Origin: a virus
Length of the DNA stretch: 64,000 nt
Virus record (IMG/VR): IMGVR_UViG_3300028173_000007
Location: 25,588-89,587 of that record
Reading direction: 5' to 3' (one strand)
Shown: positions 18,657-28,798 of the stretch, piece by piece
How positions within the stretch are numbered: the stretch's first letter is position 1
Layout: every line of letters begins with the position of its first letter
The notes under the pieces: model-generated
Database searches by the model: none
What the model was told of the DNA's origin: nothing
The model's input: only the letters and a program-made list of their open reading frames with translations
Program-made: the position numbers and the translations under genes

Positions 18657-21151
18657 GTGCGAGCTCGGTGCAGACGACGAAGGGCTCAACCCACGTCCCC
18701 GGCGTCTATAACGAAACGAAGGTCGTCGGCATCCCCCTCGCGACGCCTGGCGCAAAGGTGCTCGTGCTCATCGGTGAGGCCGAGGGCGCGGAACCGGGCA
18801 AGATCCACACCCTCACGCGGCCGGGCGCGGCCCGCGCGCTCTTTCGCTCGGGTGACCTGCTCGACGCGGCCCTCATGGCCTTTGACCCGAGCCGCTCGGC
18901 GAAGATCACCGGCCGCCCGGCGCAGGTGTTCGCGTACAAGACGAACCCCGCCACGCAGTCGGCCGTCACCCTCGGGAACGGGGACGGTGACGCCCTCGTG
19001 CTCACCAGCCGCGATTATGGCCTGTTCACGTCGCGCATCGGCGTTGACCTGACCTTGGGGACGAACCAGGGCTTCAAGGTGGACGTGGAGCTCGACGGGA
19101 AGACCGAGAGCGCCGACGACCTCGGCGGCGTCGCGGCCTTCACCGCCGACTACGCCACCACCGGCGACGCCGCCACCATGCAAATGGTCGTGAGCGACAC
19201 CGAGATCCGCGCGGACTACACGGTGGCCCGTGCCGGCCTGGCGATCACCGACCCGGCCGCGGCCGGACTCGTCGAGGTCCTGAGCTCAAGTGCCTACGAC
19301 GCGCACCAGCGCGTCACCGTCTATGGGCTGGACGCCGGCGGCGATCCGGTCTTCGAGGTCTTCGCGCTCAACGGCGTGACGGCCGTTGTCGGGTCGCAGA
19401 CCTTCGGCCAGGTCACCGGCTGGCGCGTGGATGGCGCCACCGCTGGCGTGATCACGGTGCAGGAGGACGGCGCGGGCGGCGTGCTGGACACCACCGCGGC
19501 CACGCTCAGCGTGGCGGCCACCGGCAAGGTGGAGGTGGTGAGCACCGACGCCGACGACACCGGCCGGATCATCGTCGAGGGCCTCTCCGCGGCCGGGAAC
19601 CCCATCGCGGAGACGCTCACCCTGGCCGGCCTGGGCGTGGTGGCCGGCGCGCTCGTCTTCGACAAGGTGACGCGCGCGCGCCTCGTGGGCGTGGCCGAGG
19701 GCAACGTCTCGGTGCGGCAGAACAGCGACAACGCGGTCGCCTTCACCATCGCCGCGGGCAGTCTCACCGCGGGCGTGGACATCAACGAGGGGCTGTACCT
19801 CCCCGACGCGATGGCCTTCGACTCGGTGATCAGCACCATCCTTGACGCGGCCAGCGTGGGCGCCGTCCTCGTGGTGCGCGGGCTGAACCGGGCCGGCGCC
19901 GCGGTGGCCGAGAAGGTGGCCCTGCTCGACTCGGCCGTGCTCACCACCGCCGACGTGGTGCAGGTGACGCAGATCGAGCTCGGCGCCCTTCCGGTGGCCC
20001 GCACGGTGACCCTCTCGGGAACCGCGGCGAGCTCGAAGGTGGCCGAGCGGCCGCTACTGCGCGACGCCGTGGCCTACTTCAACGCCCTTCCCGGCTTCGC
20101 CGCGGCGACGGCCTCCCCGGCGGCCTTCAAGGTGGTGGACCTCGACAGCGCCAGCCAGTCGATCCGAAGCGCGACCCCCGTCGACTTCGGCGCCGATCTC
20201 GTCGCCCTCGTGGGGTGGTTCAACGCTTCGAGTCGACTCGTCTCGGCCGCGGCCAGCGCCGGCGCCACCGGGGCGCCCTCAGTCCTCGCACAGCGCGCCT
20301 ACCTCGTGGGCGGGGCCGAGGGCACCACGGCGATGGATCATTGGCGCGCGGCCCTCCTGGCCGCGAAGAAGGCCACCCTCGACGCGGCCTTCAAGGCCTC
20401 CCGCCAGGTGATCGTTCCCCTGAGCGACTCCGATGCGGTCCACAACCTGATCAACGGCGAGCTCCGCGCCCGCGACGGCGTGCATGAGGCCGCCGCGTTC
20501 CTCGGGCTCGCCACCACGAAAGACAAGGCCGCGATCAAGACCGCGATCCGCGCCGGGAACAACCGGCAGATCGCGTTCAGTGCGCAACAGGTGGTGGCCT
20601 TCGACGACAGCGGCGCCGAACGCACCATGCCGGCGTGGTCCTGGCCCGTGCTCCTGGGCGCGCTCATGTGCGGCAGCCGCACGGCCGAGCCGCTCACCGA
20701 GGCCGAGGGCAACACGATCCGCACGGTGAACCATGCGTCGTGGGATGCGGTCGACGACATCGAGGAAATGATCGCGGCCGGGCTGATCGTCGTGCATGGG
20801 CGCCAGGTGGTGCGCTCGGTGTCCTCGTGGCTGGAGGACGACAATCGGTACTACACCGAGGTCTCCACGAATGAGAGCCTCGACGACTCGGCCTTCAACA
20901 TGCGGCGCGCGCTGCGCCCGCTGGTGGGGGCGCCGGACTTCGACGGGAGCGCCTCGACGCTCCGCTCCGCGGCCTTGGCCGAGCTCGAACGGCAGGTGAC
21001 CCGCGGCGAGATCAAGACCTTCAACCCCGAGGGCGTGGTCGTGACGGACATCGGGGACGGCTTCGACGTGGACTATGAGATCGAGCCCGTCGAGCCGATC
21101 AACTTCATCCGGCCGACCGCCTACGCTCAGCCGCTCTCTGTCCGCATCTAG
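18653..21151 (+). CDS. Contractile tail sheath protein
   Basis: N-terminal HVPGVY...LIGEAEGAEPG...ARALFRSGDLLDA; C-terminal VDYEIEPVEPINFI. Confidence 0.92.
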   Translation: MSASSVQTTKGSTHVPGVYNETKVVGIPLATPGAKVLVLIGEAEGAEPGKIHTLTRPGAARALFRSGDLLDAALMAFDPSRSAKITGRPAQVFAYKTNPATQSAVTLGNGDGDALVLTSRDYGLFTSRIGVDLTLGTNQGFKVDVELDGKTESADDLGGVAAFTADYATTGDAATMQMVVSDTEIRADYTVARAGLAITDPAAAGLVEVLSSSAYDAHQRVTVYGLDAGGDPVFEVFALNGVTAVVGSQTFGQVTGWRVDGATAGVITVQEDGAGGVLDTTAATLSVAATGKVEVVSTDADDTGRIIVEGLSAAGNPIAETLTLAGLGVVAGALVFDKVTRARLVGVAEGNVSVRQNSDNAVAFTIAAGSLTAGVDINEGLYLPDAMAFDSVISTILDAASVGAVLVVRGLNRAGAAVAEKVALLDSAVLTTADVVQVTQIELGALPVARTVTLSGTAASSKVAERPLLRDAVAYFNALPGFAAATASPAAFKVVDLDSASQSIRSATPVDFGADLVALVGWFNASSRLVSAAASAGATGAPSVLAQRAYLVGGAEGTTAMDHWRAALLAAKKATLDAAFKASRQVIVPLSDSDAVHNLINGELRARDGVHEAAAFLGLATTKDKAAIKTAIRAGNNRQIAFSAQQVVAFDDSGAERTMPAWSWPVLLGALMCGSRTAEPLTEAEGNTIRTVNHASWDAVDDIEEMIAAGLIVVHGRQVVRSVSSWLEDDNRYYTEVSTNESLDDSAFNMRRALRPLVGAPDFDGSASTLRSAALAELERQVTRGEIKTFNPEGVVVTDIGDGFDVDYEIEPVEPINFIRPTAYAQPLSVRI

Positions 21152-21159
21152 GAGGACCG

Positions 21160-21603
21160 ATGCCCAACGCGAACACCGGAATTCAGCGCGGCGCAGTCCA
21201 GCACGGCGCTCGCGGCTACCTCACGGTTGGGGGAAAGACGGTCGGCTATGTGCAGTCCGTCTCCTGGCAAGAGGGCACCGAGTTTCAGCCGCTCGACGTG
21301 CTCGACAACTTGGAGACCGAAGAACACGTCCCGGTGGCCTACACCGTGTCGGGGTCCGTCTCGCTGGTGAAGGTGGTAGACCGCTCGCTCAAGCGGGCCG
21401 GGATTCAGACCCCCATCGCCCAGGTGCTCGGGGCGGGAACGCTCACCATCGAGATCAAGGACCGCCCGACGGATCAAGCTACCAACATCATCGAGGGCGT
21501 CCGGTTCAGCACGAAGTCGGGCAACATGGCGAAGCGCCAGATCACCGTCGAGAATCTCCAGTTCGTCGCGCTTCGGATGCGCGACGAGTCGGGGCTGGTG
21601 TAG
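21160..21603 (+). CDS. Tail tube protein
   Basis: 147 aa after sheath; VGYVQSVS...EHVP; AGGAGG RBS. Confidence 0.8.
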   Translation: MPNANTGIQRGAVQHGARGYLTVGGKTVGYVQSVSWQEGTEFQPLDVLDNLETEEHVPVAYTVSGSVSLVKVVDRSLKRAGIQTPIAQVLGAGTLTIEIKDRPTDQATNIIEGVRFSTKSGNMAKRQITVENLQFVALRMRDESGLV

Positions 21604-21664
21604 CAGCACCGCCCCCCCCCACCCGCACCCCGGCCAGGCCGGGCCTCACGACCAGGGGTAGACC

Positions 21665-22123
21665 ATGACGAAGACCGACGACGCCGCCGCCCTCCTGGGC
21701 GAGCTCGACGAAGCCGCGGCCCTCCGCGAGCTCACCAGCGCAGGCAAGCCCACCGACGCCCCCGAGATCATCCCCCGCGAGAAGGTGATCGGCATCCACT
21801 ACAGGTGCGGCGACGGCGAGGTGCTCGAAGGTGCGCTCACCTTCTCGGTGCCCAGCGTGCGGCAAGAGCGCGTGATCGAGGCGCGCAAGGCGCAACTGTG
21901 CGGCGGCATCCCTCCGATCACCGAGGCGGGTATGTACCTCATCGAGCAGATCGCTTACTTGGAGGTCTGCACCGCCAACCGGCCAAAGTGGATGGCCGAG
22001 GTGCAGGACATCCCCGACCCTGCGCTCCTGGGCGCCCTGTATCGGGAGGCGCGCGAGCACCACGCGCGGTTTCGTGGAGCCGCGCGCGATCTTCGGCCGG
22101 GTGCTGGGGACGCTCAGCGATAG
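21665..22123 (+). CDS. Tail assembly chaperone (G)
   Basis: Between tube and tape measure genes. Confidence 0.65.
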   Translation: MTKTDDAAALLGELDEAAALRELTSAGKPTDAPEIIPREKVIGIHYRCGDGEVLEGALTFSVPSVRQERVIEARKAQLCGGIPPITEAGMYLIEQIAYLEVCTANRPKWMAEVQDIPDPALLGALYREAREHHARFRGAARDLRPGAGDAQR

Positions 22124-22394
22124 CGAGGCCCGCGTTCGCCAGGCCTGGGAGGATGTCTTCGGGCAGCCCGCGGCGGGCAACCCGCTTTGGCATGACCAGC
22201 CCTGGGCGGTGAGCCTGGCCGCGGTGCTGGAGAAGCGCGTCCGCGAGGACCGCGCCGACCCGGTGGCCTCGCGGGAACTCGAACACCTGCTAGAGTCCTA
22301 CCTGTCCGGCCGTGACCCTGACCGATACGACCCGGTGGTCGACGAGATCGAGGCGGCCATCGCACGGGGCGAGGACCCCTTCGAGGACTCGTGA
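22074..22394 (+). CDS. Tail chaperone extension (T), probably made by frameshift
   Basis: Overlaps G in the +1 frame, no close RBS, D/E-rich end DPVVDEIEAAIARGEDP. Confidence 0.5.
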   Translation: MEPRAIFGRVLGTLSDSEARVRQAWEDVFGQPAAGNPLWHDQPWAVSLAAVLEKRVREDRADPVASRELEHLLESYLSGRDPDRYDPVVDEIEAAIARGEDPFEDS

Positions 22395-24214
22395 GCGACT
22401 ACAAAACCACCCTCAAAGTCGACGCGGATACCTCGGGGCTCCAGGCCGCCCGCGACGAGCTCGCCAAACTCCACGAGGAACGCGCCCGCTTTGAGCAAGG
22501 CCGAGACCCGACCACCGGGGCCCCCGGTGGCGCCGGGGGCCCCGGTGGCGGCGCGGGGGGTGGCGGTGGCGGCGGCGCCGAGGGCGGCGCGCGCGCGGCC
22601 CGAGAGGTGGAAGAAGTAGAGCGCCGGCGGGTGGTCACACGCGACGGGCGGGTCACCACCTACGACTACGACGAAGACGGCAACCTCACCCGCACGAGGA
22701 CCCGGCGCACCGTCGGCCAGTGGGGAAAGGACACCGCCGGCCAGGCAGTCAATCAGGCGCCGGGCTACGGCATGATCGCGACTGCGCTCGCCGGCATCCC
22801 GGTCATTGGCGGGCTCCTGGCGTCGGGCGTCTCGGGCCTCATGGAGACCCGCAGCCGCTATGCCGCCTATGAGTCCTCAGAGGCCGACCTCCTGGCGCTT
22901 GAGGGCAACACCCGCACCAGTCGGCCCGAGGGCCTGGGCGTGCGTCTGGGGCTCGGGCCGGCGGCCCTGCGCGGGCAACTGCGCGGGCTCCTGGGCGGCG
23001 GGTACAACCAAGACGCCCTGACGAGCGCCGGCATGGGCGCAGGGGCCGACGCCATCGCCCGGCGGCTGGCCGTCACGGCGGCGCTCACGGCGGGCGATGC
23101 CTACGGGATCGACTCGGGCACGTTCGGGGAGTACCTCGGCCAGTGGAAAGAGGGCGGGGGCCTCTCCCGCCGGTCGATGGGCAGCACCGACCCATACTCC
23201 CACATGATGCTTTCGATGAGCGGCGCGCGGCTGGCCGAGAATTCGCCCCAGGACATCGGCCGCTATCTGTCCATGATCGCGGCGAACACCGCGAACATGG
23301 CCGAGCAGGGGCTCAACATCGACCCGCTGGCGCTGGTGACCCTCGGGGAGACTCTGCGCCAGGTGGGAGGCGGGAGCGCAGCGGGGATTGACCTCTCGCG
23401 CCAGGCTACAGGCCTGCGCGGCATGAAGGCCGGCCAGGCCTGGGGGAACATGCTCATGGGCGTGGGCCGCGGCCAGGGCTCGCCCATGCAGGAGGCCATG
23501 ATTCACGACCTCATGGGGACCGGCGACGGCGAAAGCTACTTCGAGAACAGCTTTCGGCTTCAAAACGTCATGCATAACCCGCAGGAGGCGGCGGGCCTGC
23601 TCCTGAGCACGATCAAGCGGTTTCGGGAGTCGCCGGGCGACAAGTACGAGCGGTGGTGGACGATGAGCCAGTTCTTCCCCGACCAGAACCCGAACGACCT
23701 CATGGCGTGGCTCACCGGCGACGAGCTCCCCGAACTCGGGGAGGTGTCGGCAGCCCTCGGGGGGAACGTCGGGGACACGGCGGCGGACATCGGCAAGCGC
23801 GCCGGCCGGTCCCGCCAGTTCAAGAAATCCGAGGCGGGCATGGAACGCGAAGACGTGCAACGCCTTCGCGGGGACGCCTCGGCCCGAGGCTTTGTGCTCA
23901 AGGCGGATCGGGCTTTCTTCGACGCCAAGCGGGTGATTCTCGACACAACGATCCTCACGCCGGGAAGCCTCCTGATCAAGACCATCGACCACCTCAAAGA
24001 CAAGGCGACGGCGGCGCCGGGCGACAAGGGCGTCATGCGCCAACTGCAAGAGTGGCTCCTGCCAGGCGGGGCGGCGGCCAAGGGGGCGAAGGCGGTCCCG
24101 GTCAAAAAGACCCAAGTGGAGATCGTGCCTACTGAGGGCCTTCAACACATGTTCCGGTTCATCGAGCGTATTGAAAGCGGCGAGGGCGAAGGCGCCTTCT
24201 CGAACTACGGGTGA
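22391..24214 (+). CDS. Tape measure protein (short)
   Basis: 607 aa G/A-rich helical protein after the chaperones and before the hub. Confidence 0.65.
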   Translation: MSDYKTTLKVDADTSGLQAARDELAKLHEERARFEQGRDPTTGAPGGAGGPGGGAGGGGGGGAEGGARAAREVEEVERRRVVTRDGRVTTYDYDEDGNLTRTRTRRTVGQWGKDTAGQAVNQAPGYGMIATALAGIPVIGGLLASGVSGLMETRSRYAAYESSEADLLALEGNTRTSRPEGLGVRLGLGPAALRGQLRGLLGGGYNQDALTSAGMGAGADAIARRLAVTAALTAGDAYGIDSGTFGEYLGQWKEGGGLSRRSMGSTDPYSHMMLSMSGARLAENSPQDIGRYLSMIAANTANMAEQGLNIDPLALVTLGETLRQVGGGSAAGIDLSRQATGLRGMKAGQAWGNMLMGVGRGQGSPMQEAMIHDLMGTGDGESYFENSFRLQNVMHNPQEAAGLLLSTIKRFRESPGDKYERWWTMSQFFPDQNPNDLMAWLTGDELPELGEVSAALGGNVGDTAADIGKRAGRSRQFKKSEAGMEREDVQRLRGDASARGFVLKADRAFFDAKRVILDTTILTPGSLLIKTIDHLKDKATAAPGDKGVMRQLQEWLLPGGAAAKGAKAVPVKKTQVEIVPTEGLQHMFRFIERIESGEGEGAFSNYG

Positions 24215-24218
24215 GCCG

Positions 24219-25904
24219 ATGATGGGAGACCTGCCCGTCAAGGGGCACGACAAGTTGCGGCCAGGTGCGCAGGTGGTAGACCACGGGCACCGCTACACGC
24301 CGCGGTTGACCTTCTACAGCTACGCCAGCGGCGAGCTCGAAGCGGGCGCATACGTTACGGGCTTCGACGTGTCCACCGATCTGAGCAACCCCGAGGGCCA
24401 GTGGTCGGCCACGCTCAAGCGGCGGATCTTCCCGCTGGGCGACAGCGACGCCCAGCCGGACGTTGACCGCGATTGGGGCGCGCTCCTGAGCCCCGGCGAC
24501 TGGTGTCTGATCACCGTTCACGACGGCCACCACGGGTGGCCGCTTCGCCTGGGCCGCATCGACGATATCCACCGCTCGCGCGAGGCCGGCCAGGGCGGCG
24601 TGACGCGCTACACCTACAGCGTGAGCGGCTCGAACGCGGGCTCATGCCTCACGAAGCACGAGGTGGTGGTCCTCCCGCAGTTCAAGGGCGCGACGGCGGC
24701 CGACCTGCTCCGCGACTTGGGCCCGTTTCACCGCTCCCTGGGCCGGGTCCTGTTCCGCTTCGGGAAGGATGGCGTGGCGCCGCACGAGCTCGTGCCGTCC
24801 CTGCTCTACTTCTTCCTCGGCCGCTACACCGGCGAGACCTACGGGCGCTCGGCGGCGCCGGTCTTCACCCTTCCGCCGACGATGCCGGTCAAGCCCATCG
24901 GCCGACCGGAGGACGTGTTCGGGCGGCTGGGGGACGGCTGGCCCTTGGGCGACCTCCTGCGCTTCGAGACCGAGCGCCTCGACGGGCGCGTCGTGATCCG
25001 AGAGCTCATGGCCGGACTGCCCGACGGCCAACGGCTGTGGGACTACCTCGGGAGCTTCTCAGACCCCGACGTAAACGAGTTCTTCGTCGACTTCCTCCCG
25101 AACTCCTGGGAAGTGGGAAAGTCTATGTCCGTCGAGGACTTCACCCACGACGGCGGCGACATCGACTTCTCGCCGCGCGCGGTGCTGCGGCGCCGGCCCT
25201 TCCCGTCGGAGGCCTACATGACGGCCCGCGCTATCGGCTTCGGCGTGGAGCCCATCGGGCCGACCGGCGTCGAGCGGTGGCAGCGTCTCCCCTGGACGAT
25301 GATCGACGAGCGCCAACTGCAATCGGACGAGACGGGGCGCAGCGACCGCGAGCGGTTCAACTTCTACTTGTCCCTTCCGCACTCCAGCTTCGGCGGCCAC
25401 CCCTACTCGCTCGCCCTCGGCTCGGGCTCGCGCGGCGAGCTCCCGATCACGGCGGGGACCCGCAACGCGGTGGGCGAGGGGACCGACCTTGACCGCGCCG
25501 AGCGTCACGGGTGGCGCAGGCGGGAGATCCGCTCGCCCTACCTCCCGACCGACCCGAGGGCGCACACCGCGCAATACTACGTCTGGAGCCGGCTACTTGC
25601 CGACTGGAATCAGGGGAACGCCGAGCGATGGTCGGGGACCCTGACCACCGGCCGGATGCTCCCCGGCGTGCGGGTGGGCGAGCGGCTCCACGTCTTTCGG
25701 GACGGCCGCTCGCGCGTCGAGGGGTACTACATCGAGCGGGTGTCGCACTCGTGGCGGCGCGCGGGGACCGGCGAGCGCACCAGTACAACGATGTCCGTCA
25801 CGAGGGGCAGCGAAGACCCGCTCGGCGGCTACAGCCCGAAGGGCTGGGGGGCGGACACCGACGGCGCCGACCTGCGGCGGATCCTGATCGGAGACACCGC
25901 GTGA
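24219..25904 (+). CDS. Baseplate hub protein
   Basis: Beta-rich; ends VRVGERL...YYIERVSHSW...TTMSVTRG like hub proteins. Confidence 0.65.
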   Translation: MMGDLPVKGHDKLRPGAQVVDHGHRYTPRLTFYSYASGELEAGAYVTGFDVSTDLSNPEGQWSATLKRRIFPLGDSDAQPDVDRDWGALLSPGDWCLITVHDGHHGWPLRLGRIDDIHRSREAGQGGVTRYTYSVSGSNAGSCLTKHEVVVLPQFKGATAADLLRDLGPFHRSLGRVLFRFGKDGVAPHELVPSLLYFFLGRYTGETYGRSAAPVFTLPPTMPVKPIGRPEDVFGRLGDGWPLGDLLRFETERLDGRVVIRELMAGLPDGQRLWDYLGSFSDPDVNEFFVDFLPNSWEVGKSMSVEDFTHDGGDIDFSPRAVLRRRPFPSEAYMTARAIGFGVEPIGPTGVERWQRLPWTMIDERQLQSDETGRSDRERFNFYLSLPHSSFGGHPYSLALGSGSRGELPITAGTRNAVGEGTDLDRAERHGWRRREIRSPYLPTDPRAHTAQYYVWSRLLADWNQGNAERWSGTLTTGRMLPGVRVGERLHVFRDGRSRVEGYYIERVSHSWRRAGTGERTSTTMSVTRGSEDPLGGYSPKGWGADTDGADLRRILIGDTA

Positions 25905-27022
25905 AGCCACCGTTCCGCTATCAGGAGGCCACGCCGCGCCGGGTGCGCGGGCGTCCCCCGCGCCAGGTGAAGCAGACCTTCCCCACGCGGGGGGTCGTCA
26001 TGGCGGTTCACTTTGCAGACGAGACCGAGGGCGGCGAACTCCCGTCCGCGGCCTACCACCACCCCGCCCAGGTGACGTGCGACGTGTTGACGTGGTGGGG
26101 CGGCGCTATCTACGACGTGCCGGTCATGCAACGCGGATCCTCGGTGGGTGACGCGGAGCTCTGGACGCCGCGGCCGGCGACGCGGACCCTCGACGGATCC
26201 CCGCTCGTGTGGGAGCAGACCCCCGAGGACGCCCCGGCCGACCCCGAGAACACCGACGGGGAGTGGGTCGTCGTCGCGTTCTTCGACGGGGACCCCTCGG
26301 CGCCCTACATCGAGGGGAGCATCCCCCACCCCAGGACGCGGCGCGCGCACGGTGGCGCCCAGGCCCGCGAGGCCTTCGACCCCACGGCCGACGGCTCTAT
26401 GCCGATCACACCCCACGGGCATGAGCGGTACACCGCTCACGCGGGGTCTGTGCTGCGCGTGGACGCTTCGGGGAACGTCCGCTTGGACACGCGCCAGGCC
26501 GGGGAGGACCAGACCGGAGAGGGCGCCCCGAGCGGCGGTCATGTTGACGTGGATCTCCGCTCGGGCGCCTGGGTCACCCTTCGATACGACGGCGGGCGCC
26601 AGGTGCGCTTGCGGCTCGACGGCGACGGCACCCCGCAACTGGATATCTTCGCAGGGGATCGGCCGCTGGCGCGGCTCTCGGACTACATCGAGATCAACGC
26701 CACCACGTCGCCCCTCTGGGCCGCATTCATCGCGGCGGTGGTCGCCGCACACCAGACGGTCATTCCGCCGCTACAGGCCGCAGCGAACGCCCAGGGAACC
26801 ACGGTGGACGCCCTCGCAGCCTGGGCGGCAACGCCGGCCCCGCCCAACAACGGCCGGCCCCCGTTCGTCGCGCCTGACGTGGGCGAGGTGCTCCCTGTGC
26901 CGCCGCCGGCGGCGGGCCCGTTCCCGGCGCCATACGATCAAACGCCCGGCGGCGCCCCGCCGGCGGGCTTCCAGGCGGTCGGCCAGGTGGTCACCGCGAG
27001 CTCGCAGATCCGGGGGACCTGA
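25901..27022 (+). CDS. Baseplate central spike (OB-fold) protein
   Basis: GVVMAVH...VTCDV...GEWVVVAFFDGDPSAPYIEGSIPH, a gp5/gpV N-terminal OB pattern. Confidence 0.65.
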   Translation: MKPPFRYQEATPRRVRGRPPRQVKQTFPTRGVVMAVHFADETEGGELPSAAYHHPAQVTCDVLTWWGGAIYDVPVMQRGSSVGDAELWTPRPATRTLDGSPLVWEQTPEDAPADPENTDGEWVVVAFFDGDPSAPYIEGSIPHPRTRRAHGGAQAREAFDPTADGSMPITPHGHERYTAHAGSVLRVDASGNVRLDTRQAGEDQTGEGAPSGGHVDVDLRSGAWVTLRYDGGRQVRLRLDGDGTPQLDIFAGDRPLARLSDYIEINATTSPLWAAFIAAVVAAHQTVIPPLQAAANAQGTTVDALAAWAATPAPPNNGRPPFVAPDVGEVLPVPPPAAGPFPAPYDQTPGGAPPAGFQAVGQVVTASSQIRGT

Positions 27023-28795
27023 ATGGCAGTCACACACAGCGAGCGCCCGAGCCGGTGGCGGTTCACCTACGCGATGGAGCTCGTCGCCATCGACGGCAGC
27101 GGCCGCGGCGCGAACCGGGTGCTGAACCTCCCGATCAACCCGACTTCCGTCGCGTACCGGAGCACGCCCGGCAACGATGAGACGTGGACCGCTGGCGGCG
27201 TAGCCCTCGAAGATTCGGGATTCGTGTCTCGCGATATCACGATCCAGGGCTCGCCAGGCCTGGAACCGAAACGGGGGTGGAAACTGGAGAGCACCGACCC
27301 GCACAAGCCGGAAACGGGCTTCACCTTCCGAGACGGAAACGAGCTCTTTGCGGAGCTATGGCGGTGGTTCGAGTTCTACGCCGAGCTCAAGCGCCGACAA
27401 GACGTTGCGAGCAAGTGGTTCATGGTGTGGCACGACTTCCGCCGCGGCTGGCATTGGGTCGTGCAGCCGAAGGAGTGGGACACCTCGCGGGAGGCGAAGC
27501 AGCACCGGCTACACCACCCGTTCGAGTTCCGGCTCAAGGCCGTTTCGGACTACGACGCGCTCGCCCTGGGCGGCGTGGCGGGCTTCTTCGCAGACGTGCG
27601 GAGCGCCACCGACGAGATCGCCGGGCTCCTGCTCGACGCGGCCGGCTACCTGGCGGACATCGACTCGTTTCGCTCGGAGGCCGACCAGACGTTCCTCGGC
27701 GGCATCCAGCAGGTGATCTCGGCGGGCGGCCGCATCCTCGACGGCCTGGCCGCGGTCTCCGCTGGCGTGCGGGACACCCTCAACTTTGAGAACCGACTCG
27801 CGGCGCAGATGGCGACGCTCGTGGACGGGCTCGCCTACGAGCTCAGTGCGGCCTTCGGGAAGCACCGAGACGGCGCGGCCGCGCCGGGGGCTGGTGACCC
27901 TTGGACGCCTGGGAACCAGCCGGCGAGCCGCGCGGTGGCGGCCTACCGGGCCACGCAGCAAATGTCGCAGTCCCTCGACCGGATGAGAGCTCGCCGCGAC
28001 CTGTGGGAACCGGACCTTCCCGAAGCGCGCGCCCGGCGGCGCGCGCTTCGAGCGGGCGCAACGGCCCTCAGTGACGCGGAGGTGGCCGCGCCCGGCGTGC
28101 TGGCCATCGGTGCCCGCGCCACGGCCGGGTCGGCGTACACGCGCGCTCTGGCGCGCAGACGAGAGGCCGAGCGGGAGAGCTTGCCGACCTACACGGGGAC
28201 TCGGGCCTACGTCGTGGCGCCGGGGGACACCCTGCTCTCGATTGCGCTCGAAGAAGTGGGGGCCCGCGACGCATGGACGGATATTGCGGCCATCAACAGC
28301 CTGCGGCACCCCTACATGAGCCGAGCTCGCACGCCGGGCACGGTGGCGCCTGGGGATACGATCATCGTGCCCACCTTCGGGACCTCGAAGCCGTCCCCCA
28401 GGGGCACGAGGGCTGAAATCGAGCGGGAGGCCCTCGGGGTGGACTTCGAGCTCACCGCCGGCGGGCTCGTCTACAACGCCGCCGGCGACGGCTACCGAAC
28501 GGTGGAAGGTGTGGCCTGCTACCTGCAATCCATCAACGAGGTGCGCTTCGGTACGAAGTTCGGGGAGAACCTCACCTGGCCGTCCGTGGGCATCCTGGCC
28601 CCGGTGGGCTCGCCCAATCGCGACGGGACACCATCGGCTGTGGCACTCTCTGTGCGCCGCGCGTGCCTCACCGACCCGAGGACGGCCGAAGTTGTGGATC
28701 TCGAATTCATCGACGGTGGAGACACCATCGACGTAGTGGCCACGCTCCGACCCCAGGGGTTTACGGGTACGCTCACCGTCCAGCGGAGGGCCTGA
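27023..28795 (+). CDS. Baseplate protein: tube-initiator-like N-terminus + LysM + gp25-like C-terminus
   Basis: LPINPTSV N-terminus; LysM YVVAPGDTLLSIA...WTDIAAINSL...PGDTIIVP; C-terminal CLTDPRTAEV. Confidence 0.65.
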   Translation: MAVTHSERPSRWRFTYAMELVAIDGSGRGANRVLNLPINPTSVAYRSTPGNDETWTAGGVALEDSGFVSRDITIQGSPGLEPKRGWKLESTDPHKPETGFTFRDGNELFAELWRWFEFYAELKRRQDVASKWFMVWHDFRRGWHWVVQPKEWDTSREAKQHRLHHPFEFRLKAVSDYDALALGGVAGFFADVRSATDEIAGLLLDAAGYLADIDSFRSEADQTFLGGIQQVISAGGRILDGLAAVSAGVRDTLNFENRLAAQMATLVDGLAYELSAAFGKHRDGAAAPGAGDPWTPGNQPASRAVAAYRATQQMSQSLDRMRARRDLWEPDLPEARARRRALRAGATALSDAEVAAPGVLAIGARATAGSAYTRALARRREAERESLPTYTGTRAYVVAPGDTLLSIALEEVGARDAWTDIAAINSLRHPYMSRARTPGTVAPGDTIIVPTFGTSKPSPRGTRAEIEREALGVDFELTAGGLVYNAAGDGYRTVEGVACYLQSINEVRFGTKFGENLTWPSVGILAPVGSPNRDGTPSAVALSVRRACLTDPRTAEVVDLEFIDGGDTIDVVATLRPQGFTGTLTVQRRA

Positions 28796-28798
28796 TCC

